A DNA stretch of 64,000 nt from Polyangiales bacterium. GTDB taxonomy: Bacteria; Myxococcota_A; Polyangia; Polyangiales; Polyangiaceae. The stretch covers positions 30,843-94,842 of the forward strand of contig JBBRNJ010000028.1 in the NCBI GenBank assembly GCA_038230375.1, written 5' to 3'. The translations under genes and the position numbers were made by a program. Of this stretch, positions 39,163-49,110 are shown piece after piece. Under the pieces are notes generated by a model. It was not told the DNA's origin. It saw only the letters and a program-made list of their open reading frames with translations, and did no database searches. The stretch's first letter is position 1. Each line of letters opens with the position of its first letter.

Positions 39163-41058
39163 ATGAAAAAGCCCCTCGCTAAGCGTCGGACGTTGCGCAC
39201 GAAGGTGAAGCCCCGTGCGAGCGTGGAGCCCTCTCGGTTGGCCATCGCCGCGCTCGAGCGCATCGAGAACGTGCTCACCAAATCCGGCAAGGTGGACAGG
39301 CTGGGACCGCCTGCGACGGACCTCGAGATCGACGCGCAGGCCAGCCTGCTCGGCAAGGGCCGGTCGCTGCCACCGAGCTATGTGACCATGCTGCGCGAGC
39401 GCTCGCGCATCGGCGAGCCGGAGATCCTCCTCACTGCGATGGAGATCGCGGGCAAGAGCTCGGAGCTGGTGACTCGCCTGGGCAACGAGGCCGTGCGGTA
39501 CATGCCGTTCTGCGAGGCCCGCGACACGCTGTTCTGCTTCGACAAGGGCGGCGCCAAGGCCGACCCAAAGCGCGCCGAGCTCGCAGTTGTAGAATACACG
39601 GATGGGGCCATCAAGCTGTTCTGCCACTCGTTCGGCGAGTGGCTCGACCTGGTCGCGGACGGCCGCGAGGAGTCCGTCGAGAACGCGGCCAGCATGCCCG
39701 CGGGGCTGAAGCGCCTGCTCGCGGAGCTGGGGTTCCGTTTTGAATACCCTGTCGTCGGCCGCATGGAGACCGGCGACATCCCGGCGATCGTGGAGCTCGT
39801 CGGTCCTGCCACGGCGAAGCATGTCCGCGGCGACAAGGATCGCCTCTTCGACTCCAGCGGCAAGGCCTCGCTCACCATCAACGTGGACGAGTTCACGCTC
39901 GCGGTCTCCCTGCGCACCGGCATCTTCGTGTTCGAGGCAGAGGACGTCTTCCGCTGGCTGCGCCACTTCCGCGACGAGAACTTCTTCGGCAGCGACCTTG
40001 GGCGCGAGCCTCTGCACGCAGACAAGGTGCGCGATCTGACGCGCGCCGCGCCCGAGCCGCCGCTGGTGCTCCGCGGCATGATGGAGCTCCCCACGCTCTC
40101 CGCCACCAAGCACAAGTTCTTCGCCGCAAGCGGCTCCTCCGCCACGGACTTCTATCTCCTTGCACGGACAGCCAGCACGAGCGAGCGCGCACCGAGCGTC
40201 ATTCTCCATGTGGTGGACGGCCTCGTCGCGAGCGCGCATCAGCTGGACGAGCCGCTGAACGATCTCTACGTCAGCCCCACCGGCGCCATGTGGGGCCTTG
40301 CCCAGACGCATGCCGTGCGGTTTGCTGGAGGGACGGCGCGCACGTATCCGCTCGCGCGTGCCACGGCCGGGCGAACCTGGTGGTGGGGCATCGGCGGCGG
40401 CAGCGAACGCGTCTTCGTGTGGGGCGCGGGCACGCTGCTCGAATTCCAGGGTGACCGGTTCACGCCGTTCGTCCCCGACGCGGGCCTGGACGAGTCCGAG
40501 TCCGTCGTGTCGCTCGTGGCCACGCAGAACAACATCTCGATGCTCGTCTGCGGCGATCACATGGGCGCCGTGGCCTCTTTCGACGGCAAGGACTGGCTTC
40601 CCATCGGGGAGGACAGCGTCCTTGACGGACAGCTCGTCGACATGGACGTGTGGCGCGGCATCGCGCTGGTGCTGGACAAGAAGGGTGACATCCATCGCGT
40701 CGAGCGCGGCTCGCACCGCAAGGTGGCGCTCAATCGACGCGCGCATGCGTTCACCACCGACTCGGGCGTAGACCGTCCATTCCACGCCGTCCGGGGCTAC
40801 GACGGTGGAACACTCCTGGCGAGCGACGGTGGCGTCATCGCGGTCGGCGCGGGCGAGCCCATCTTCCACGCCGCGAAGGACGGGCGCGAACGCACGCGTC
40901 TGTTTCGGGTCGGCGGTCGCAGCCTGCAGCTCGCGAGCAAGGTCTCTCGCGTGGAGGCATCCGACATCGGCGAGACCGGCATCGTGGCCACTTCGGGCCC
41001 GAATGTCTGGCTCTTCCGTGACGGAACTTTCCACGTCCTCGACATGCACGAGTGGTAG
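39163..41058 (+). CDS. SMI1/KNR4 (SUKH)-domain protein with C-terminal beta-rich repeats
   Basis: PPATDLEI....LG...LPPSY, YMPFC..LFCFD, SFGEWL; C-terminal repeats (VFVWGAGTLL, VASFDGKDW) suggest a propeller. Confidence 0.68.
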   Translation: MKKPLAKRRTLRTKVKPRASVEPSRLAIAALERIENVLTKSGKVDRLGPPATDLEIDAQASLLGKGRSLPPSYVTMLRERSRIGEPEILLTAMEIAGKSSELVTRLGNEAVRYMPFCEARDTLFCFDKGGAKADPKRAELAVVEYTDGAIKLFCHSFGEWLDLVADGREESVENAASMPAGLKRLLAELGFRFEYPVVGRMETGDIPAIVELVGPATAKHVRGDKDRLFDSSGKASLTINVDEFTLAVSLRTGIFVFEAEDVFRWLRHFRDENFFGSDLGREPLHADKVRDLTRAAPEPPLVLRGMMELPTLSATKHKFFAASGSSATDFYLLARTASTSERAPSVILHVVDGLVASAHQLDEPLNDLYVSPTGAMWGLAQTHAVRFAGGTARTYPLARATAGRTWWWGIGGGSERVFVWGAGTLLEFQGDRFTPFVPDAGLDESESVVSLVATQNNISMLVCGDHMGAVASFDGKDWLPIGEDSVLDGQLVDMDVWRGIALVLDKKGDIHRVERGSHRKVALNRRAHAFTTDSGVDRPFHAVRGYDGGTLLASDGGVIAVGAGEPIFHAAKDGRERTRLFRVGGRSLQLASKVSRVEASDIGETGIVATSGPNVWLFRDGTFHVLDMHEW

Positions 41059-41094
41059 GGATCCCGCGCGACCAGGCGTGTTAGCCTCGACGCC

Positions 41095-42480
41095 ATGCCC
41101 AAGACGCCGCGTGCGCAGGACACAGTTGACCAGGTCAACGCCACGAAGAAGTCGGCGCTTGCGGGTTGGAGCCTGGAGGAAACACTCTCCTTCGGTGGCG
41201 CGCCCCTCTTCGTACTTCGGCTCGGCAATGGCCTTCGCGTCCTGCTTCTGCCCGACGACAGCGCCAAGGTCGTCAGCTACTTCACGTGGTTCCGCGTGGG
41301 CTCACGTCATGAGAAGCCGGGCAAGACCGGGCTGGCGCATCTCTTCGAGCACCTGATGTTCAACGAGACGGAGGGCCTCAAGGCCGGTGAGTTCGATCGC
41401 AAGCTCGAAGAGAATGGCGCCGAGTCGAACGCAGCCACGTGGCTCGACTGGACGTACTACTACGAGGCCCTGCCGTCCGATCGCTTCGGCCTCGCCGTGA
41501 CCCTGGAGAGCGAGCGCATGGCCCGCCTGGTGCTGTGCGAGCCGCAGATCGCGAGCGAGAAGGAGGTCGTCGCGAACGAGCGCCGCTACCGCGTCGAGGA
41601 CGACGTCGAGGGCGCCGCAAACGAACTCCTCTACAAGCACGCCTTCCAGAAGCACGCGTACCACTGGCCCACGATCGGCTGGATGGACGACATCAAGAAC
41701 TTCACGCCCGAGGACTGCGCAGCCTTCTACAAGACCTACTACGCCCCGAACAACGCGACGCTCGTCGTGGTCGGCGACGTGAAGCTCAAGGACGCGCTCG
41801 TCAAGATCCGCGACGCGTACGGCGCGCTCCCAGCCGCGGCGCTTCCCGTGGAGGACACGACGCCGGAGCCGTTCCAGCTGGAGGAGCGCCGCATAGAGGT
41901 GAAGAAGCCCACTGCGAGCGAGAAGGTCATTCTTGGCTATCGCGGGCCCGCGCTCGGAGACAACGACCACCCTACCCTCGTGGTGCTCTCGGAGATCCTG
42001 TTCGGTGGGCGCGCATCACGGCTGTACGAGAAGCTCGTGATCGAGAAGGAGCTCGTCACCGATCTGCGTGGCTGGGCATCGACGTTCCGCGATCCAGGTC
42101 TCTTCGAGATGTTCTTCTACGCTCGCGGCGAGCACACGTGCGAGGAGATCCTCACCGCGCTCGAGCCTGAGATCGCCCGGCTACACGTGGACGTCGTCTC
42201 CGACGAGGAGCTCACGCGCGCCAAGGCTCGTCTGGAGCTCGGGCTGCTCTCCACGCTGGACACTGCCAGCGGCAAGGCCGAGCAGATGGGCTTCTACGAC
42301 ACCGTTCTGGGCGACCCGGTGGGCGCGTTCGGTCGGCTCGCTGCCTATCGCCGCGTGAGTGCTGGCGACATCCGGACTGCTGCGCGAAGGTACCTTCACG
42401 CTGCGCAGCGGACGATGGTCATCGTGCGTCGCGATGGAGCGCCATCGGCGACCGCAGAGAGCGCAGAGGCAGCGCAATGA
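41095..42480 (+). CDS. M16B zinc peptidase, catalytic subunit
   Basis: Inverted zinc motif GLAHLFEHLMF, NAAT, LESERM, EKEVVANER. Confidence 0.93.
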   Translation: MPKTPRAQDTVDQVNATKKSALAGWSLEETLSFGGAPLFVLRLGNGLRVLLLPDDSAKVVSYFTWFRVGSRHEKPGKTGLAHLFEHLMFNETEGLKAGEFDRKLEENGAESNAATWLDWTYYYEALPSDRFGLAVTLESERMARLVLCEPQIASEKEVVANERRYRVEDDVEGAANELLYKHAFQKHAYHWPTIGWMDDIKNFTPEDCAAFYKTYYAPNNATLVVVGDVKLKDALVKIRDAYGALPAAALPVEDTTPEPFQLEERRIEVKKPTASEKVILGYRGPALGDNDHPTLVVLSEILFGGRASRLYEKLVIEKELVTDLRGWASTFRDPGLFEMFFYARGEHTCEEILTALEPEIARLHVDVVSDEELTRAKARLELGLLSTLDTASGKAEQMGFYDTVLGDPVGAFGRLAAYRRVSAGDIRTAARRYLHAAQRTMVIVRRDGAPSATAESAEAAQ

Positions 42481-43805
42481 GCGCCGCCAAGGAGCGTGCA
42501 CCCACCGTCATCGCGATCGCTGGCGGCGGCAAGGTCTTCGTGGAGAGCGCGCACACCGTGCCGCTCGTTCACATCACCATCTCCTTCCGCTCCGGCGCGT
42601 TCCACGATCCGCCCGCCAGGGACGGCACCGCACGGATGATGTTGCGGCTTCTCCGGCGTGGTGCGGACGGACTCGGCGCGCAGGAGATCGAGCGCACCAT
42701 CGATACGCTCGGCGCAGAGCTGTCGGTGGAGGCCTCCGCGTCCACGGTGACGCTCGGCGGCTCCGTCATCCGGCGCAACCTCGAGCCGTTCATCGCGCTC
42801 ATCCGCCGCATCGTCGGCAAGCCCACCTTCTCCACCGACGAGCTCGAGCGCCTACGCCGCGAGAGCACCGCAGAGCTGCTCGAGGCGCGAGACAACGATC
42901 GGCACCTTGCGTCCGTTGCCTTTCGCCGCGCCGTGTTCGGTGAGCATCCGTTCGGCCGCGGCTCTTCTGGCCGGATCACGTCGATCCAGAAGATCACCGA
43001 AGAAGACATCCGCGCTGCGTACGCGAAGCATTTTCGTCAGGGCAATGTCGTCTTTGGCTTTGCCGGCGACATTGACGAGGCCGGCGCAAGGAAGCACGCG
43101 GAAGAGATCGCGAGCGCGTTGCCCACCGGCGCGGGACCGGAGGGGCACATCGCCGAGCCGACTCCCCTCACGGGTCGCGCGCTGGTGTTCATAGACAAGC
43201 CGGAACGCACGCAGACGCAGATCTTGATCGGAGGTCTGGGCACGCACCCCAAGGATCCCGATCATGTCGCCCTTGCTGCGGCGACCGCGGTCTTCGGCGG
43301 CACGTTCACGTCGCGGCTCATGCGCGAGGTCCGCAGCAAGCGCGGCTGGTCGTACGGCGCGAGCGCACGTATCGCGATCGAGCGCGCGCGCCACGCCTTC
43401 CAGATATGGACCTTTCCTGCACAGGAAGACGCGGCCGCGTGCGTCGAGCTGGAGCTCGGTCTCCTCGAGACCTTCGTCAACGACGGCATCACGGAGCGCG
43501 AGACGTCGTTCATCAAGAGGTACCTCACGCGCTCGCACGCGTTCGACGTGGACACTGCCCAGAAGCGCCTCCACCAGGCGCTGGATGTGGAGCTGCTCGA
43601 CCTGCCCGCGGACTACCACACGGCCTACCTCGCCCACGTCGCTGCCGTCACGCGCGATTCCGCAAACGCAGCAGTGAAGGCGCGCTTCACGGCCGAGAAC
43701 CTGGTCATTGCCGTCGTCGGCACGGACTCGCAGATCCGCGCGGCGGTCGAGGCGAAGATCGCGCGCCTCGCCGGGACGAAGGTCATCAAGTTCGACGAGC
43801 TGTGA
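42477..43805 (+). CDS. M16B peptidase, non-catalytic partner subunit
   Basis: No HxxEH; has FGGTFTSRLMREVRSKRGWSY (R/Y pair); ATGA overlap with the upstream gene. Confidence 0.9.
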   Translation: MSAAKERAPTVIAIAGGGKVFVESAHTVPLVHITISFRSGAFHDPPARDGTARMMLRLLRRGADGLGAQEIERTIDTLGAELSVEASASTVTLGGSVIRRNLEPFIALIRRIVGKPTFSTDELERLRRESTAELLEARDNDRHLASVAFRRAVFGEHPFGRGSSGRITSIQKITEEDIRAAYAKHFRQGNVVFGFAGDIDEAGARKHAEEIASALPTGAGPEGHIAEPTPLTGRALVFIDKPERTQTQILIGGLGTHPKDPDHVALAAATAVFGGTFTSRLMREVRSKRGWSYGASARIAIERARHAFQIWTFPAQEDAAACVELELGLLETFVNDGITERETSFIKRYLTRSHAFDVDTAQKRLHQALDVELLDLPADYHTAYLAHVAAVTRDSANAAVKARFTAENLVIAVVGTDSQIRAAVEAKIARLAGTKVIKFDEL

Positions 43806-43815
43806 GCGTGTCCGG

Positions 43816-44772
43816 ATGACCGACGTCGTCCTCTTGTCCGAGCTGCTCCCGATCGTGGAGACGACCCTGCGCGCCGCGGGGCTGAGCACGGCGCGGCTCT
43901 TCGAGGCAGCGGACCCCGCGACCTTCTTCCAGGAGCACGGGTCCTCCGCGCGCGGCGCCGCCGGCAGCTATGGGCGCCGCATCGACGGTGCGCTGATGGA
44001 CGGGCTCCCCGCCCTGCGAATCATCGCGAACTTTGGCGTGGGCTACGAGACCGTGGACGTCGCAGCCGCGGCCGCGCGCGGGATAGTGGTTACGAATACG
44101 CCGGACGTGCTCACCGAGGAGGTCGCCGACACGGCCATGGGTCTGTTGCTCGCGACCGTGCGTGAGCTGCCAGCGGCCGAGCGGCACGTGCGCGCGGGGC
44201 TGTGGAAGACCGCTCGCTTCCGGCTCACCGACACGCTGCGCGGCAAGACCGTCGGCATCTTCGGCCTGGGCCGCATCGGCAAGGCGATCGCGCGACGCTG
44301 CGAGGCGTTCGGTCTGCGCATCGCTTATCATGGACGTCACCGCCAGCCCGCGGTCGCCTACGAGTTCCACGATACGCTCGTCGGTCTCGCGCGCGCGGTC
44401 GACATCCTGGTCGTCATGGCACCGGCAAGCGCCGCGACCCTGCATGCGGTGAACGCAGAGGTGCTCGCAGCTCTCGGGCGCGAAGGCACGCTGCTCAACG
44501 TCTCGCGCGGGTCCCTGGTCGATGAAGCCGCACTCGTGAATGCGCTTGAAAACAAGGCGATCGGCGCCGCAGGCCTGGACGTCTTTGCAGACGAACCGAA
44601 CGTTCCCGCGGCCCTCCTCGCGATGGACAACGTGGTCCTGCTTCCGCACGTGGGCTCTGCCTCGCGCTCCACCCGCGACGCCATGGGGAAGCTGGTCGCC
44701 GACAACCTGATCGCGTTCCTCGCTGGCAAGGGCCCACTGACGCCAGTCCCCGAGACTCCGTCCCGATCCTGA
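43816..44772 (+). CDS. D-isomer-specific 2-hydroxyacid dehydrogenase
   Basis: GVGYETVD, VTNTPDVL, GIFGLGRIG, NVSRGSLVDE, GLDVFADEP, PHVGSA. Confidence 0.93.
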   Translation: MTDVVLLSELLPIVETTLRAAGLSTARLFEAADPATFFQEHGSSARGAAGSYGRRIDGALMDGLPALRIIANFGVGYETVDVAAAAARGIVVTNTPDVLTEEVADTAMGLLLATVRELPAAERHVRAGLWKTARFRLTDTLRGKTVGIFGLGRIGKAIARRCEAFGLRIAYHGRHRQPAVAYEFHDTLVGLARAVDILVVMAPASAATLHAVNAEVLAALGREGTLLNVSRGSLVDEAALVNALENKAIGAAGLDVFADEPNVPAALLAMDNVVLLPHVGSASRSTRDAMGKLVADNLIAFLAGKGPLTPVPETPSRS

Positions 44773-44796
44773 GAACCCGTCGAAGAACGTCCGTTT

Positions 44797-46209
44797 CTAC
44801 GGCTTGTTTGCCTTGGCGAAGGTTTCGGCGAATTTCGTGTCGTACGTGCTGGCTCGGAACTCTTCGCTCACAAGGACCTTGCGGAGGAAGTCCACGTTGG
44901 TCACGCACGGGGCGATGTGCGTGCCTTCGAGCGCGCGGTCGAGCTCCGCGATGCACGCGTCGCGAGTCTCGCCCCACGCGACCACCTTCGCGATCATTGG
45001 GTCGTAGAACGGCGTGACCTTGGAGCCTGGGCGCACACCAGACTCGATGCGGAGGTGATCGCTCAGCGTCTCCTCGCTCTTGCCCGCCCAGATCAGCGTG
45101 TCGATCGCGCCCGGCTTCGGGATGAAGCCCTTCCAGCTGTCCTCTGCGTAGATGCGTGCTTCGATCGCGTGACCCCTGCGTGTCTCCGCCGCACGAGAAA
45201 GATCGGGTAGCTTCTCGCCTGCGGCCACGCGGAGCTGCAGCTCCACGAGGTCTAGCCCGGTGACCATCTCGGTGACGGGGTGCTCGACCTGCAGACGTGC
45301 GTTCACCTCCAGGAAGTACAGGTTGCCTTCCGCATCCGCGATGAACTCGCACGTGCCCGCGCCCACGTAGCCCACCTTCTTCACGACAGCGATCGCACGC
45401 TCGAACAGCCCGCGGCGCCTTGCCTCACCCGCTTCACCGCGGAAGAACGGCGCGGCCGACGGAGACTCCTCGATGATCTTCTGATGGCGCCGTTGCACGC
45501 TGCACTCGCGCTCGCCGAGCGCGTAGGTGTTGCCGTGCGAGTCGGCGAAGATCTGCACCTCGATGTGACGGGGCTTCTCCACGTACCGCTCCAGAAACAC
45601 GCGCGCGTCCGCGAACGACGCCCTGCCGCGGTCCGAGCAGCTCTTCAGCGCGCGCTCGAGTCCCGCCGCCTCCGTCACCACCTGCATCCCGATGCCGCCG
45701 CCGCCACTGACGGCCTTCACGACAATCGGGTAGCCCACCGCCTCGGCCACCTTCGCTGCGGCCGCGACGCCCTCGGGCGTGTCGATCACGATGGGCTCGT
45801 CCGTTCCGGGCACCGGCGACGTCCCCGCGGACAGCGCGACGTGGCGCGCCTTCATCTTGTCGCCGAACGCGTCCAGCGTGTCTGGTGCTGGTCCGACGAA
45901 CGTGACGCCCGCCTCTGCCACGCGCCGGGCGAAGCCGGATTTCTCGCTCAGAAAGCCGTATCCCGGGTGCACCGCGTCGGCGCCGGTCTTCTTGATGGCG
46001 TCCATGATCGCATCAACGTTCAGGTACGAGTCCTTCGCGGCGGCAGGGCCGATCAAGATCGCTTCGTCGGCATCGGTGGTGTGCGGCGCGCCTGCATCTG
46101 CCTCCGAGTACACGGCGACGGTCTTGATACCAAGACGTTTGCACGTGCGGATGACGCGGCGGGAGATCTCCCCGCGGTTGGCGACAAGGACCTTCGAGAA
46201 GAGCGGCAT
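44797..46209 (-). CDS. Biotin carboxylase subunit (acyl-CoA carboxylase)
   Basis: KVLVANRGEI, HPGYGFLSE, GGGGIGM, RECSVQRRHQK, FLEVNARLQVEHPVTE, FYDPMIAK; no fused biotinyl domain; start taken at 46209. Confidence 0.93.
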   Translation of the reverse strand: MPLFSKVLVANRGEISRRVIRTCKRLGIKTVAVYSEADAGAPHTTDADEAILIGPAAAKDSYLNVDAIMDAIKKTGADAVHPGYGFLSEKSGFARRVAEAGVTFVGPAPDTLDAFGDKMKARHVALSAGTSPVPGTDEPIVIDTPEGVAAAAKVAEAVGYPIVVKAVSGGGGIGMQVVTEAAGLERALKSCSDRGRASFADARVFLERYVEKPRHIEVQIFADSHGNTYALGERECSVQRRHQKIIEESPSAAPFFRGEAGEARRRGLFERAIAVVKKVGYVGAGTCEFIADAEGNLYFLEVNARLQVEHPVTEMVTGLDLVELQLRVAAGEKLPDLSRAAETRRGHAIEARIYAEDSWKGFIPKPGAIDTLIWAGKSEETLSDHLRIESGVRPGSKVTPFYDPMIAKVVAWGETRDACIAELDRALEGTHIAPCVTNVDFLRKVLVSEEFRASTYDTKFAETFAKANKP

Positions 46210-46240
46210 GCGCCCTTTTTCGGCCGCCTTGCCCTCCGCG

Positions 46241-47773
46241 TCAATGCCGAAGATCGCCCCCGACGGCCTGCTCGAGCGCGAACACGGCATTCCAGTACAC
46301 GGCGAGCTGGTTGATATGGTCCGTCTTCACGGTCGCATACGTCCTGCGCGCGTCGAGCAGGTCGATGAAGGAGATTCCGCCCTTGCCCAGGGTGACCTGC
46401 TTCTCGATGATGCCGACGGCGTACTGGGCGCGCTCCAGCAGGTGCCCCGACTCATAGCGCTCGATGATGGTGCGCGCGGCCAGGTACTGCTTCCAGGCGC
46501 TGCGGACATCGGTGTCGATCTGCGAGAGCGTCTTCTTCTCCGCGGTCTCCTGCAGCGACAGGTCCGCCTGCGCGTGCGCGATGTCGCCCTGGTTCTGATA
46601 GAAGATCGGCAGCGGAATGCTGAGGCCCAGGCCGAGCGTGGGCGGCGAGAGCGCGTTCTGTCCCGTACCTGTCTGCGAGTAGTTGAGGCCAACGGCGATA
46701 TCTGGCACACGCTCTCGCTTTGCGAGCTCGATGCCCTGTTGCGCGCGGTCCTTCTGCGCCACGATCAGCTTGAGATCCGGCCTGCGGTCGCGTGCCTCCC
46801 TGAGAAGTGCGTCGAGCGCTGCGCCGTTGACGCGCGGGGGTACATTGAAGTTCACAGTCTCCGGCTCCACGTCGAAGTCGGTCTGACCCGTGCGGTCTCC
46901 CAGCAGGAACAGCAGGTTGAACTTCGCGCTGTCGATGGCGATGGTCGTTTGATCGACGACCATCTCGGCCTGCAGCTTGGCCGTCTCCACGCGCGCGACG
47001 GTGCCCGAGTCGACGTTCTCCTTGCCCGCGTTGAGCTGCACCTGGAACTTCGCGAGGGACTCGACCCAGGAGTCGCGCGTCTCCGTCGCAAGCGCGAGCG
47101 CCTTCGTCGCACGCGCGGCCTCGATGTAAGACGCCTTCACCTGGCTCGAGAGCACGCGACGCGCGTCCTCCTTGTTCATCCTCGCAGCCGCGATCGCTGC
47201 GTCGGCAACGCCGCTGCGGAGCTCTCGCTTGCCGGCCAGGAACCGCATGATGGCCGCGTTGTCGCTGATGCCGACATTGAAGCCCCATTCGGAGCAGCCA
47301 CCGCAAGGCGCGCTCGCGCCGTCGGGGTAACCGTTGCCCTGGCTCGGGTTGTAGCCGAACGTCTTGCCCACGCCGCCGAAGAGCGTCGGATTGATCGCCG
47401 CGGTGAGGTTCACCTTCTCGGCTTGCGACATCGCGATCTGGGCGTCCGCAATGATGAGGTCGAAGCCTTGCTTGTCGAAGCGCGCGAGCGCGTCATCCAG
47501 GGAGAGCTTGGGGCGCGCGACATCGACCCCCGCAGCAACAGGAGCGGCTGGCTGGCTGGCCGGCAACGTGGGCGGCAATGCCGGCGGAGGTGTTGTCACC
47601 GGCCCAGTCGGAACGGGCGCGGGCTGCGCTGGCACGGGCGGCCGTGCTGCAGGCGGCGGCGCCAACGGTTGGCCTGGCCGCGGCGCCTGAGCCAGGGCAT
47701 TTTCGGAAGTCGCGAGGAGGAGTGAGACAACGAGCGCGCTCAGCCCAGCGCGCGCGAGAGTGCTAGAAATCAT
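46241..47773 (-). CDS. TolC/CzcC-family outer-membrane efflux protein
   Basis: Signal peptide, Pro-rich linker, RRPDL, LSIPLPIFYQNQGDI, GISFIDLLDARR. Confidence 0.87.
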   Translation of the reverse strand: MISSTLARAGLSALVVSLLLATSENALAQAPRPGQPLAPPPAARPPVPAQPAPVPTGPVTTPPPALPPTLPASQPAAPVAAGVDVARPKLSLDDALARFDKQGFDLIIADAQIAMSQAEKVNLTAAINPTLFGGVGKTFGYNPSQGNGYPDGASAPCGGCSEWGFNVGISDNAAIMRFLAGKRELRSGVADAAIAAARMNKEDARRVLSSQVKASYIEAARATKALALATETRDSWVESLAKFQVQLNAGKENVDSGTVARVETAKLQAEMVVDQTTIAIDSAKFNLLFLLGDRTGQTDFDVEPETVNFNVPPRVNGAALDALLREARDRRPDLKLIVAQKDRAQQGIELAKRERVPDIAVGLNYSQTGTGQNALSPPTLGLGLSIPLPIFYQNQGDIAHAQADLSLQETAEKKTLSQIDTDVRSAWKQYLAARTIIERYESGHLLERAQYAVGIIEKQVTLGKGGISFIDLLDARRTYATVKTDHINQLAVYWNAVFALEQAVGGDLRH

Positions 47774-47868
47774 GTGGTCCGCAGCCTAGCAGAGAGTCCA
47801 CATGACTCATTCCGCAATGAACTCGCGATGAATGCATCTTCAGCGCGCGTTAATCTTGAACGTCGCCT

Positions 47869-49110
47869 TCAAAAATGGCCGCCCACGACGACACCACCCG
47901 TGGTCGGCGACAGGAGCGGCGCGAGCGCGAGATCCACGTTCGTCTTCTTGGACGGCGCGGCGTTGTCCTTCGGCGGTGGCGCGCCGATGAGCTCCGGCTT
48001 GTCGAAGAAGTAGAGAAATACCCCGGTCAACAGTACGGCACCGCCGGCGGAGAACGTGACGACCGACGCCGTCTTGAAGTCGTCGCGTTGCTTGGTCGAT
48101 GCCTGATAGTCGGTGAGGTCCGGGCCCGTGATGTTGCCCGACGCGTCGCGGATCTTCTTTGCGCTCGTTTCAGCGCTGAGCGACACCGCACCGGTCACGA
48201 TGCCCGCGACCACTGAAGCCGCGCCAGCGCCCAGGAGGACGCCCGACACTGTTCGCTGGCCGCTTCGCTGGAGCGCTGCCGTCACGACCTGCTTCTTGCC
48301 GTGCACCAGCACGACGTCATGACTGTCGACCTTGCGCCCGTTCGCGATGAGCGAGACGACATGCGCGCCGGGCTGGATGTGAAAGGGTACGGAGCTCGGC
48401 GCAACGCCCACGGCGCGACCATCCACGTAGACGTCGAGCGTCCGATCACAGTCGACGACGAGCTCGGCGGGCTTCTCCTCGAGCGGCACGTCGAGCGTGG
48501 TGCGCTGGCCTGGCTCACCGACAACGTCGCGTGTCGCGTCGCCGTAGCCCTCCGCGGTGACGTGCACGTGGTGCTTGCCGGGCGTGACCTCTCCGATGAA
48601 CGGCGCATCGACGAACGCGCCGCCGTCGATGCTCACCTTCGCGCCCTCCACGGGCGAATAGATGGTCACGCGTGCCGCTGTGGAGGCGGCCGTGGGCTGC
48701 TGCGCAACCACCGAGGGCTCGAGCTTGGCCGCCAGCGGGCCTAGCTCCGTGAGCGCATCGGCGGCGTCGGGCACGCGGGCCCCTTCCTTCACTTCCTTCA
48801 CGTACTGCTCGTAGTGAGCGACGGCGTGCACGAGCATTTGCGGGTCACGCTTGCCGCCCGCGAAGTAGTTCTTCCGTTCGGCCTGCGCCAGCGAGAACAG
48901 GATCTGCGGCTTGGGGGAGAGGCGGTAAGCGTCCTCGAAGGCGGCCACAGCTGCATCGTAGCGTCCCGCCGAGTACGCCTGGGCTCCGGCATTGAACTGA
49001 ACCTTCGCTTGCTCGACCGGAGACGCGTCGCCGGCAAGCGCCGGTGGTGGTGACATGACGCCCAAAGCACCGAGCAGCCCGAGCAACGCAAGCACGCTCT
49101 TCGTTCTCAT
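47869..49110 (-). CDS. Secreted TPR + PEGA-domain protein
   Basis: Signal peptide, TPR (FNAGAQAYSAGRYDAAVAAFEDAYRLSP), two PEGA units (GAKVSIDG..PGKHHVHVTAEGY; DVYVDGRAVG..PGAHVV). Confidence 0.85.
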   Translation of the reverse strand: MRTKSVLALLGLLGALGVMSPPPALAGDASPVEQAKVQFNAGAQAYSAGRYDAAVAAFEDAYRLSPKPQILFSLAQAERKNYFAGGKRDPQMLVHAVAHYEQYVKEVKEGARVPDAADALTELGPLAAKLEPSVVAQQPTAASTAARVTIYSPVEGAKVSIDGGAFVDAPFIGEVTPGKHHVHVTAEGYGDATRDVVGEPGQRTTLDVPLEEKPAELVVDCDRTLDVYVDGRAVGVAPSSVPFHIQPGAHVVSLIANGRKVDSHDVVLVHGKKQVVTAALQRSGQRTVSGVLLGAGAASVVAGIVTGAVSLSAETSAKKIRDASGNITGPDLTDYQASTKQRDDFKTASVVTFSAGGAVLLTGVFLYFFDKPELIGAPPPKDNAAPSKKTNVDLALAPLLSPTTGGVVVGGHF

